This document shows positions 29,685 through 37,724 of a stretch of DNA of 64,000 nt, piece by piece (positions within the stretch are counted from its first letter, which is position 1; every line of letters begins with the position of its first letter). The notes under the pieces were generated by a model. The model was not told the origin of the DNA. It did no database searches and worked only from the letters and a program-made list of their open reading frames with translations. The translations under genes and the position numbers were made by a program. The stretch lies in sequence record NC_091964.1. The stretch is one strand, 5' to 3'.

Positions 29685-31232
29685 TTAATTCATTGCGTAA
29701 GTTTCAGTAGGCGTACTTGCCCAGAAGTCATCGTCAGCTAATACAGGGCGTCCAGGTTTATCCATCGCGCGTGATTCAGGTTCGTTAATGTCATCAAGGA
29801 TTCCGAGCTCACCTATTTGATACCAGCAGATCTTATCCTGCTCAGGAGTATCGTTTACACCACGGTGCTTACCACGGCCATAGCCAATGTAGGTGATGCC
29901 ATTGACTTTGTATTTCTGGATATTGATTTCGTAATCCACTTCCTGATGGAGAGAACGACAAAGTTTATAGTAGCCTCGGTTGAGAATCTCTTCCAAGAAC
30001 TTACTTGGACGATCACGCTCAATCAACGCAGCTTCGGTAGATAACTGATGCGGAGAGATGAAGAACGTTTTACGGACAGTCATCATGTTACGGACACGTT
30101 TCCACAACAGTTGTTCTGCCTGACCTGTTACGCCACCGCCATCAATGCCTTTCGTTGACATCATTGACAGATAGTCGAAACAGCAAACGATCAATTCGTG
30201 ACCAGAGTTCTCCAGATCGTAGATCATGGACTGGAAGTCGCTCAGGGTGAACTCATCAGGGTTAACACGAACCATGTAGGTACGCCATCCGTTCTTACTG
30301 AACGTATCCTTGATGAATCGACCTGCTTCTTCAACCTCAGGTTCTTTCTCCGGCATCTTACCGTAAACGTTAACGTAGCACTGATTGTACAGTTCACGCA
30401 TGTTAATGGTTAGGTCGTTTTCTGCCGAGATGATAAGGATCGTTGGAATCTTATCCGGGTTGTGCAGTTTAGGTACGTTGTACATCGCAATGCCGCGAGT
30501 AATCTGCATGGCCAGTACGGATTTACCGTGGTGACTCAAACCACCCACTACAACACACTCACCACGACGACCGCCCCCTTGACGACCCGTCATCTTGTTC
30601 AGTCCTTGTAAAGGGTACTTCAAGATTTCGTCAGGAGAGATCTCGTTCAACGCATCGTTAAACAAAGCGACCAGTGCATCATTATCGTCAAAGTCAACGA
30701 AGTCGACAACACCGCCTACGCCACCAATACCGTCAGATTTATGTACAGCAAAGTTTTCTGACTTCTCAATAACAGTACGGGCAGCTGCTGTAAGATCAAA
30801 TTCTTTTTCGCTGTAAACGTAGTCACGTGCAATATTTTTCAACATGTTCACGAACTGGATACGACGAGAATGTTCGTAAACATCTTTAGACAATACAGAA
30901 CATTCGACCTTGATTTCTTCTGGTGTGAGGTCACGTTCTACAGATTCTGTGATGATGTCTGCCACATATTGGTCATGGCTCGCCATTACTTTGATCTGGC
31001 GGACTAACGCTCCCTTGTCAATTTTATCAGACGGGTGTGAACAGATACGCATTATTAATGATTGTAATGCTACGTAAACATCTGTTGAATCACCGGCATC
31101 ACCTGAATTAGAAACACGTAATTCAGACATGATTTCTTTAACCATATCGATACTGCTGACTTGGTTGTTCTCTATTTGTCTTTCCCAATAGAGCAGGAGT
31201 AATGAGTTAATAATAAGAAATCGGTAGTTCAT
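29685..31232 (-). CDS. dnaB: DnaB-like replicative helicase (phiKZ gp118-like)
   Basis: Walker A GGLSHHGKS, Walker B CCFDYL, SPHQLS motif, GKHRG. Confidence 0.9.
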   Translation of the reverse strand: MNYRFLIINSLLLLYWERQIENNQVSSIDMVKEIMSELRVSNSGDAGDSTDVYVALQSLIMRICSHPSDKIDKGALVRQIKVMASHDQYVADIITESVERDLTPEEIKVECSVLSKDVYEHSRRIQFVNMLKNIARDYVYSEKEFDLTAAARTVIEKSENFAVHKSDGIGGVGGVVDFVDFDDNDALVALFNDALNEISPDEILKYPLQGLNKMTGRQGGGRRGECVVVGGLSHHGKSVLAMQITRGIAMYNVPKLHNPDKIPTILIISAENDLTINMRELYNQCYVNVYGKMPEKEPEVEEAGRFIKDTFSKNGWRTYMVRVNPDEFTLSDFQSMIYDLENSGHELIVCCFDYLSMMSTKGIDGGGVTGQAEQLLWKRVRNMMTVRKTFFISPHQLSTEAALIERDRPSKFLEEILNRGYYKLCRSLHQEVDYEINIQKYKVNGITYIGYGRGKHRGVNDTPEQDKICWYQIGELGILDDINEPESRAMDKPGRPVLADDDFWASTPTETYAMN

Positions 31233-31281
31233 GGCTCGTCTCTACTTAATCTTATGTAATCAAGTGCCTCAGGAGGCCTTT

Positions 31282-31860
31282 ATGCAAGTTAAACCCATAT
31301 TGACCTTGAAGGTTGCTGTAGTGCCTTCATGGTTCAATGAGATCGTGGTGTTGGAGAAAATCCCGCTTGAGGACTTGAGCTCCTTCAATAAGTTGTACAC
31401 GTACGCCGAGCAAAACAAATGTTCGAAAGAAGAAGTGTATGGCTATATCATGGCCAATGCTCGCCTCGTGAAAATGTTTGGTGATGTTTTTGCTGACTTG
31501 TATATGATAGGTCAGTGCGATGAAAATTTATCGTTCACTAAAAACCATCAGGCTGGCATCGATATTTTCCAGGCTCTTCTGAACGAGGAAGAGGCTGTTA
31601 AAAAATTGGAGTCTTCAAACAAAGACGAAGATTCCTCGATTTTCAAAACCAGACCCAACCTGCTCGAGAAAGAGCATTATATTCCTAAATTGGTTCAAGG
31701 GGATACTTTGCTACTTATCGGCAGCCCGACGCAAGCTTATAAAAACAAGCGTGCTTTCTATAATGCCACCATTGAATGTGTACACAAAGCTTTACCCTTC
31801 GAGCTTCTGAAGCGCACCAATTTAATGAGGCACTATTTACGACATGCCGTAGACGAGTGA
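31282..31860 (+). CDS. Hypothetical protein upstream of MCP, about 192 aa
   Basis: RBS AGGAGG before ATG 31282; TATG at 31253-31256. Confidence 0.75.
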   Translation: MQVKPILTLKVAVVPSWFNEIVVLEKIPLEDLSSFNKLYTYAEQNKCSKEEVYGYIMANARLVKMFGDVFADLYMIGQCDENLSFTKNHQAGIDIFQALLNEEEAVKKLESSNKDEDSSIFKTRPNLLEKEHYIPKLVQGDTLLLIGSPTQAYKNKRAFYNATIECVHKALPFELLKRTNLMRHYLRHAVDE

Positions 31861-31877
31861 CCGTCCGGGCCTGTTTA

Positions 31878-31912
31878 TATGTAATGCGCTCACAGTTTAG
31901 ATATACTGTGAG
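31878..31912 (+). promoter_or_regulatory. Candidate late promoter (TATG) and 5'-UTR hairpin of the MCP gene
   Basis: TATG 31878-31881 in AT-rich context; inverted repeat CTCACAGT (31889-96)/ACTGTGAG (31905-12). Confidence 0.55.
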
Positions 31913-31948
31913 TAAATACACCCTTAATCGATTAAGGAAATACCAACG

Positions 31949-34282
31949 ATGATTCGTTCTAATAATCGCAATAACGCGACCAAGACGTTCAACAACGTCA
32001 TGGACTCCATCCGTACCACCATCACCGGCGGTCTTAACGTTCTGCCGCAGAAAGATAAAGTCAGCCTCATTGGTGTTTCCGTAGAAAGCTACGGCCAGGA
32101 CGGTGCGGCAATCTTTGACAGCGCGATCGACCATCTGGAGAAAGGCTTCCAGTCTATCTCTCAGGAAGCGTTCAAGCTGGACGAAGAGATGGCCCGTGGC
32201 GCTGGTGAAAACACCAACAAGCAAGGCGGTCTGCACTACACCAGCCTGGCTGACCAGGACTGGATGCGTCAGCGCCAGCTGGAAGTTTCTGTAGAAGCTG
32301 CAACCATTCTGGGCCTGGCTCACAATGGCGTCGGCAAATACATGAACATCAAGCCGCGTGAGTTTGATTCTGAAACTCGCCTGAACCAGCTGAACACCGC
32401 TGGTAACTGGGGTCGTATCCCGGTAGTTGGCGAAGACGCTCGTCCGTCTATGGAATCCTTCGACGAAACCGAAACCGAAAAATGGCGCGAATTCTCGTAT
32501 GCTGTCAACCTGATGGCCGCGAAAACTCACCCGTTTGCTGAGCTGTTCTATCCGCTGTACGTGACCACTCCGGAAAACGCCGGTTGGCTGATGACCATCC
32601 GCCGCACCATGGTGTGGGAAGGTTACCAGCAGACCACTCTGGACGGCCGCGCGGTTGAGCTGAAGAAAACCAACGCCCTCGAAGCGCTGCTGAACCACAA
32701 AATCCTGGAAACGGATTCTACCCGTCTTTATCCGGTCCTGACCGATGAAAACAAAGACTGGTTCGTGCCGGACACCATCGTCGCGCCGCAGCCGAAAACC
32801 CAGGGCGAAGATAAGTTTGAAACTCAGTACCTGAAGTTCAACACTGCTCACAGCTTCAACCTGATCAACCTGGCGCAGACCCCGAGCCGCATGTCGAAGG
32901 GTGCACCGAACTTCACCGACTCTCTGGACCGCCGTATCGCGCTGGACGAAGTCGTTCTGAAAATCGGCGATGACACTGTTATCATCAACGTTAACCGTGA
33001 CAGCTACGCTCAGTTCCTGGCACCGCGCGAATATAACTTCCGTGACATGACCGTGAAGTTCCATCCGGGCGCAAACCAGGGCCACGGCATCAGCCTGAAA
33101 CCTGAAAACCTGAACACCAAAGACGAAGTCCCTGCTTCTCTGAAAGCGCTCTTCGACAAAGGTATCGGTCTGGAATTCCAGATGAAGGTCGATGGTGAGA
33201 TCAACGTTGAATCTGGTAACGGCCAGGTCCGCGTAGCGAACGCGCAGTTCACCACCGCATTCCGTCTGGATAAGCCGGAAGAGAAAATTGCTCTGGACGA
33301 CGCTGAAGTTAAAGCGCTGGTTCCGGCCAAGTTCTCTGCGGAAGGCTTCAGCCTCGAAGCACGTCTGACCAACCTTAACCAGCTGGAGCGTGGTAAACTG
33401 GTTGACTCCGATGTGCAGAAAGAAGGCTTCATCATCCCGACCCTGTCGCCGATCTGTATCGTTAAACCGAGCCAGATGGAAGATGAGAAAGTCTATCCGA
33501 AAATCGAGTCGCTGCAATTCGTTTACCGCACCATGCTGCGTAACGACGCCGTTACCTCCCTGCTGAACCGCGCCGATACTCTGGAGTCCTATCTGGGCAA
33601 CGGTATCACCCACGGCCTGGAAAGCAACCTGGGTATGGAAGGTCTGGGACAGTACTACTACCGTCCGCACTTTGAGCGCATCAAGATCAACGTTGCGCAA
33701 GAGCTGAACAACCTGACCTCGGCTAACAAGCTGGGCGACATTCAGGGCCTGATCGTCTCTCGCATGAACGAAGTGATCTACCGCGTAAACAAAGTAACCG
33801 GCTACAGCGCCGCGCTGGAAGAGCAGTTCCCTGGCTCTACTCCTAAGCCGCACGTTGCAATCGGTACTGACCTGTACCTGCCGCAGTTCCTGATGATTCA
33901 GGGCGACGACCGTACCGTAGCCATCGGCTTCGACCACACCATCGCGTCAATCTCTGACCTGCGTATGAGCAACAAGATCGTCATGCAGTTTACTCTGCCG
34001 GGCGAGAAAGAACCTCATCCGATGCAGTCCGGCGTTTGCGGCATGATCCCTGAGTATCTGGCTAACTTCCAGATGATCCGTGATCAGCGTATCAACACCG
34101 AAATGCGTCTGACGCCGCGTTACCGTTACTTCAACTTCACCCCGGTCATGATCGTGATCGAGATCGAAGGTCTGGAAGAAGCGGTTGCACAGCGTACCGC
34201 GATGAACGTCAATGAGAAAGCTGTAACCGCTTTCCCTGGCGAGCCGGTTGCTCCGACTCCTCCGGTAACCGACGGCGAGTGA
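31949..34282 (+). CDS. Major capsid protein precursor (phiKZ gp120-like)
   Basis: 777 aa, extreme codon bias, propeptide with VSVE/ISQE/VSVE/PSME sites, position between DnaB and nvRNAP beta genes; ends in Pro-rich PGEPVAPTPPVTDGE. Confidence 0.9.
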   Translation: MIRSNNRNNATKTFNNVMDSIRTTITGGLNVLPQKDKVSLIGVSVESYGQDGAAIFDSAIDHLEKGFQSISQEAFKLDEEMARGAGENTNKQGGLHYTSLADQDWMRQRQLEVSVEAATILGLAHNGVGKYMNIKPREFDSETRLNQLNTAGNWGRIPVVGEDARPSMESFDETETEKWREFSYAVNLMAAKTHPFAELFYPLYVTTPENAGWLMTIRRTMVWEGYQQTTLDGRAVELKKTNALEALLNHKILETDSTRLYPVLTDENKDWFVPDTIVAPQPKTQGEDKFETQYLKFNTAHSFNLINLAQTPSRMSKGAPNFTDSLDRRIALDEVVLKIGDDTVIINVNRDSYAQFLAPREYNFRDMTVKFHPGANQGHGISLKPENLNTKDEVPASLKALFDKGIGLEFQMKVDGEINVESGNGQVRVANAQFTTAFRLDKPEEKIALDDAEVKALVPAKFSAEGFSLEARLTNLNQLERGKLVDSDVQKEGFIIPTLSPICIVKPSQMEDEKVYPKIESLQFVYRTMLRNDAVTSLLNRADTLESYLGNGITHGLESNLGMEGLGQYYYRPHFERIKINVAQELNNLTSANKLGDIQGLIVSRMNEVIYRVNKVTGYSAALEEQFPGSTPKPHVAIGTDLYLPQFLMIQGDDRTVAIGFDHTIASISDLRMSNKIVMQFTLPGEKEPHPMQSGVCGMIPEYLANFQMIRDQRINTEMRLTPRYRYFNFTPVMIVIEIEGLEEAVAQRTAMNVNEKAVTAFPGEPVAPTPPVTDGE

Positions 34283-34429
34283 CTGTCAGAAATCTTCAAG
34301 GATGAAGTATTAGACGGTTTTGCGTTACCCGCTCCGGTGGATCTGTACTTGCAGACAGAGGACCTGACGGATACCGTCGATACCGAGCAGGGCAACCCCA
34401 TTGAGTTGGAGAGGCCGTCTGGTCGTTAA
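34283..34429 (+). CDS. In-frame 48-aa extension after the MCP TGA (candidate readthrough domain)
   Basis: GAG TGA CTG TCA... reads LSEIFKDEVLDGFALPAPVDLYLQTEDLTDTVDTEQGNPIELERPSGR-TAA; no ATG or RBS of its own; lies before the terminator at 34443. Confidence 0.65.
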   Translation: MSEIFKDEVLDGFALPAPVDLYLQTEDLTDTVDTEQGNPIELERPSGR

Positions 34430-34442
34430 GTGATGACAGTTA

Positions 34443-34475
34443 AATAAGAGGACCTTCGGGTCCTCTTATTTTTTT
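34443..34475 (+). terminator. Intrinsic terminator of the MCP transcript
   Basis: AATAAGAGGACC-TTCG-GGTCCTCTTATT plus T tract. Confidence 0.88.
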
Positions 34476-34530
34476 GCCTGATGAGTTATTAACATGATTA
34501 AGTATGATAACGATTAAGGCAGGAGGAGGT

Positions 34531-35193
34531 ATGCTTGAGAGTATGTTAGCTGGAAAGCAGGTCGATAAGAATGTCCTTATCGATATTGATTTCTCCAGAC
34601 AAGATATCGGCGATACCTTCATGACAGATCTTGCAGGTAACCAGTGGGACCTTGTAGGAAATGATCCGGACTGTAAAGTAGTCTCGGATAGTGTGAAAGG
34701 TAAAGCATTCAGATTTAAGGGAACAACTTATTTTAGGAGTCCCTTGGTTAGCAGGCTGCTACTTGCTAACGTTAGCTTCTCATTAGAGTTAGGCATTCAC
34801 TCAGATGCATCGGCCTCTGGTGTTATTCTAGGGACAGGTAACTATCCTTCTTCCGGGGGCATCTTAGGCGGGTTTAACTTATCTACAGGTCAATACCCTG
34901 CCACCTACATTCAAATGTTCATGACTAACTCTAGCGGTGTTTATCAACGCTGTTTACCAGCTAACACTGCATGGGCCAATACGTGGGACGACATCATCTT
35001 TACTCGTCGACGTAACACCAGTGTATTTGGGCAGGTTACTCGTAACGGTGTTATTACCGGAACTAACTCCGTAGGGGATAATCCATTCGGTAACGGTAAA
35101 GATTATTTCTGTATTGGGGCTAATGCGCATATACTCGGAACATCTGGATTCAAAGGTTTAATCAGTAGAATCAAACTTAAGTTACTAACTTGA
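34531..35193 (+). CDS. LamG/ConA-like beta-sandwich protein, MLE-tag family
   Basis: RBS GGAGGAGG; starts MLESMLAGK; DLAGNQW, AFRFKG, FSLELGI, FCIG...FKGLISRIKL fit a LamG-like fold. Confidence 0.75.
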   Translation: MLESMLAGKQVDKNVLIDIDFSRQDIGDTFMTDLAGNQWDLVGNDPDCKVVSDSVKGKAFRFKGTTYFRSPLVSRLLLANVSFSLELGIHSDASASGVILGTGNYPSSGGILGGFNLSTGQYPATYIQMFMTNSSGVYQRCLPANTAWANTWDDIIFTRRRNTSVFGQVTRNGVITGTNSVGDNPFGNGKDYFCIGANAHILGTSGFKGLISRIKLKLLT

Positions 35194-35195
35194 GG

Positions 35196-35223
35196 GAAGG
35201 GCTTAGGCCCTTCTTTTTTTTTT
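35196..35223 (+). terminator. Intrinsic terminator
   Basis: GAAGGGC-TTAG-GCCCTTC plus T10. Confidence 0.85.
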
Positions 35224-35234
35224 GTTTTATAATA

Positions 35235-35261
35235 TTTTCACTTATATATCACTTACATGAA
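35235..35261 (+). promoter_or_regulatory. Candidate early (virion RNAP) promoter
   Basis: TTTTCACTTATATATCACTTACATGAA; the same 27-bp pattern occurs at 36700 and 54806. Confidence 0.7.
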
Positions 35262-35300
35262 CTACCTTGTTCAATTTACTAACTATAAGAGGAAATAAGA

Positions 35301-35714
35301 ATGCAATTTGAAAAGAACAACAACATCGGTGAGTTTCCAGCTATCTCTCAGCAGCTCTTCGATTTTGACGAACCCATTGCTAAAGTGGCTATGGTAGCCT
35401 GTCACGCTCTCCCGCATTCCTGGGGCGCTTATCAGATGCCTAACGATGCACAGACCAAGTGCGCGATCTTCCGTCTGGAAGACAGCCCGTTCATTGACGA
35501 TATGCCGGAAAGCGAAGTCGTGAACGAACCGGAAGAGTATCGTCCGTTAAATGGCGATCTCTGGTTGTTCGACGGCGGTTCTGATAAACTCTGGGATACT
35601 ATCAAGAACCAGGGGGATCAGGCCTTCATCGATTCGCTGGAGTACGTTAAACTGGATCAGGATAAACTGTTCGCAGAAAGCCTGATGGAACTCCATGCAC
35701 AGGGGAAATACTAA
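35301..35714 (+). CDS. Hypothetical early protein, 137 aa, acidic
   Basis: RBS GAGGA; downstream of the candidate early promoter. Confidence 0.75.
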   Translation: MQFEKNNNIGEFPAISQQLFDFDEPIAKVAMVACHALPHSWGAYQMPNDAQTKCAIFRLEDSPFIDDMPESEVVNEPEEYRPLNGDLWLFDGGSDKLWDTIKNQGDQAFIDSLEYVKLDQDKLFAESLMELHAQGKY

Positions 35715-36157
35715 TGGCTGTAGTATTGAGTTTTCAGTCCTACGATAACCGTGAGCTGGAGATCGTAGGGATCGATAAAGAAGACCCGTACGTTTACTTC
35801 TTTGATCGCCAGATCGACGAAGAGATTGATCCTCACGGCGGGTTCACTCTGGAGCATGCAGATCAGACCCTGCGCGATATCCAGTCGGTTCTTCAAGTCT
35901 CTCATTCAGATGTTCCGGAGTTCGAAGATCTGTTAGAGCATCTCGGCGGTGAGGAATCTGAAACAGGGTTCCGCATTACCAAAGACGAGTTCGCTAATAT
36001 CCTTATGCTGGCTGGTGAAACTACCAGCGCAGTTGAAGGGGAAGAAGATCTCTACAACGCTTGTAAGTGCCGTGACGCTTTACAGGCATTCTATATCGAA
36101 AACGATTGGGAGAACACTACGGTGTACATCAATCGTTTCAGCGACGACAACCAGTAA
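35714..36157 (+). CDS. Hypothetical early protein, 147 aa, acidic
   Basis: TAATG coupling with the previous gene. Confidence 0.75.
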   Translation: MAVVLSFQSYDNRELEIVGIDKEDPYVYFFDRQIDEEIDPHGGFTLEHADQTLRDIQSVLQVSHSDVPEFEDLLEHLGGEESETGFRITKDEFANILMLAGETTSAVEGEEDLYNACKCRDALQAFYIENDWENTTVYINRFSDDNQ

Positions 36158-36172
36158 TAAGGTAAATAAAAA

Positions 36173-36505
36173 ATGGGAAGCATTAAATACGTTGTAGGTG
36201 AGCACCCGGTAACTGAAGTAATGGAAGACACTGCTCATCCTGTAGAAGGTAATCCGGATTACATGGTCGTCAATTCTATCGAGAAAGGCCTGTTCGTAAT
36301 CTTCCCTTCTAAAGCTGTGGATGGTGATAACTTTAAACGCGGCACTGTCGTCCATATGGTTCAGGGTAACTACGATGATTTCGATGGTGAAATCTCTACA
36401 GTGATTAACATTGCGTCTGACATGGATGAAGTATCGGTCATGCACGTATCCAGTCGTATGCCTATTGCTAATGTTATCTGGGCAATTAGCTCCCCGGTTA
36501 AATAA
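36173..36505 (+). CDS. Hypothetical early protein, 110 aa
   Basis: RBS AAGGT; ends before the terminator. Confidence 0.72.
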   Translation: MGSIKYVVGEHPVTEVMEDTAHPVEGNPDYMVVNSIEKGLFVIFPSKAVDGDNFKRGTVVHMVQGNYDDFDGEISTVINIASDMDEVSVMHVSSRMPIANVIWAISSPVK

Positions 36506-36506
36506 A

Positions 36507-36554
36507 ACAGCATAAGTCAGAAGAGTATGGTAATCCATACTCTTCTTTTTTTTT
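36507..36554 (+). terminator. Intrinsic terminator preceded by ACAGCATA
   Basis: AGAAGAGTATGG-TAAT-CCATACTCTTCT plus T tract. Confidence 0.85.
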
Positions 36555-36699
36555 GTTTGTTATTAAAAGACTAAAGACACTGAAGGATGGACTCCGTCCA
36601 CATTACAGCACAGCGGCTACGCCGGTGCAACTGCACTGGGGGTTAAGGTTCTTAAAAAGAGAGAACTACCTCAAAAAAGAATTATCCAGTTTTAATAAA

Positions 36700-36726
36700 T
36701 TTACAACCATATATTATCTTAGTGAA
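36700..36726 (+). promoter_or_regulatory. Candidate early promoter of the nvRNAP beta operon
   Basis: TTTACAACCATATATTATCTTAGTGAA matches the 27-bp pattern. Confidence 0.7.
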
Positions 36727-36778
36727 CCTTGGGAATTGAATATCAACTAGAGTGATTTTCAAATGGCATTAATGATAC

Positions 36779-37714
36779 ATGAAGACCCTAAGAGCGGAAG
36801 CTCATAACGAAGCACCTTTCAGTATACCCGACTTCTGTATAGAGCGTAGGGTTTTAAACAATACTGAACGAGGGATTTATCTCTACGGTAGAGAGGGTTA
36901 CGTTGCTTATATTGAGCCGACCTACAATCCCAACTTGCCCAAAGGAATTTACTTCAACACGGAAGTGAGGTCGAAGGGGCAAGTAAAAACTGACGCCAGC
37001 TCCATTTTAATTGAGAAAGATTCTAACGAGCGACCTTCTGGTGCCCGACCTCGCTTGCGAGTACTCGAGGGTTTCACCCGAGTACGGGAGGACTTGTTGG
37101 ATACATCTTCTTCAAAATTACATTACATCACTGACCATGATGTAGCTCTCGGCTTCAGAGAGCCTACTCAGTTTGACGTACATCCGTTTTCCCGTGAAGG
37201 GGCGGTAGATTACGTTACGGATGGTGAGCGTAAGAGAGAGGCGAATGGTGCGTTAGATATCACTATCGATATAGTCGACAACGAAGGGACGTTCGGCGAT
37301 AGGTATCTCAACGTAGGTGGAACAGCTTTTGCAATACGAGCACGTAAAGACCCGACGTTATCGTCAGGCATTTATGCAGGTTGGACGAACGAGATCCGTG
37401 TTAACGGTTCGCCTATGGTATTTGGCCGCAGGCTATTCCCGTTCGAAGAGCTTGATAAAAGTGTGTTCCCGTTCACCCTGTACAAAACACCTGAGGAAGC
37501 TCAGGGCATTGATCCATCCAAACGATTTGAGATGGAGCTTACAGAGTCCAAGACTCGTCTTGACTTGTTAAAGCATGAGCGCGATGAAGTTAGTTTAGCC
37601 CGTAAGGACTTCTACGAAGAACGCTCCCTTGCCCGGAAGGATTCCTCAGACGGTTGGAAAATGCTACCAGCATTCGTGCTGGGTGTAGCAACGTTAGTTA
37701 AACTCATTTTCTAA
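36779..37714 (+). CDS. Hypothetical protein with coiled coil and C-terminal hydrophobic tail (phiKZ gp122-like position)
   Basis: Ends WKMLPAFVLGVATLVKLIF; directly upstream of nvRNAP beta. Confidence 0.7.
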   Translation: MKTLRAEAHNEAPFSIPDFCIERRVLNNTERGIYLYGREGYVAYIEPTYNPNLPKGIYFNTEVRSKGQVKTDASSILIEKDSNERPSGARPRLRVLEGFTRVREDLLDTSSSKLHYITDHDVALGFREPTQFDVHPFSREGAVDYVTDGERKREANGALDITIDIVDNEGTFGDRYLNVGGTAFAIRARKDPTLSSGIYAGWTNEIRVNGSPMVFGRRLFPFEELDKSVFPFTLYKTPEEAQGIDPSKRFEMELTESKTRLDLLKHERDEVSLARKDFYEERSLARKDSSDGWKMLPAFVLGVATLVKLIF

Positions 37715-37724
37715 GGGGAACGTA

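Noticed and set aside
31858-31884. Other TGA-C stops (31858, 62728, 12975) as readthrough candidates
   Set aside because: Extensions are short (7 and 14 codons) or run through a hairpin, with no recognisable motif, unlike the MCP case.
31715-33937. 740-aa antisense ORF over the MCP gene
   Set aside because: Mirror of extreme codon bias (TTA/CTA/TCA almost absent in the sense frame); no RBS, promoter or protein-like motifs.
36553-36750. 65-aa TTG-start ORF
   Set aside because: Starts in a terminator T tract, has no RBS and runs across the candidate promoter.
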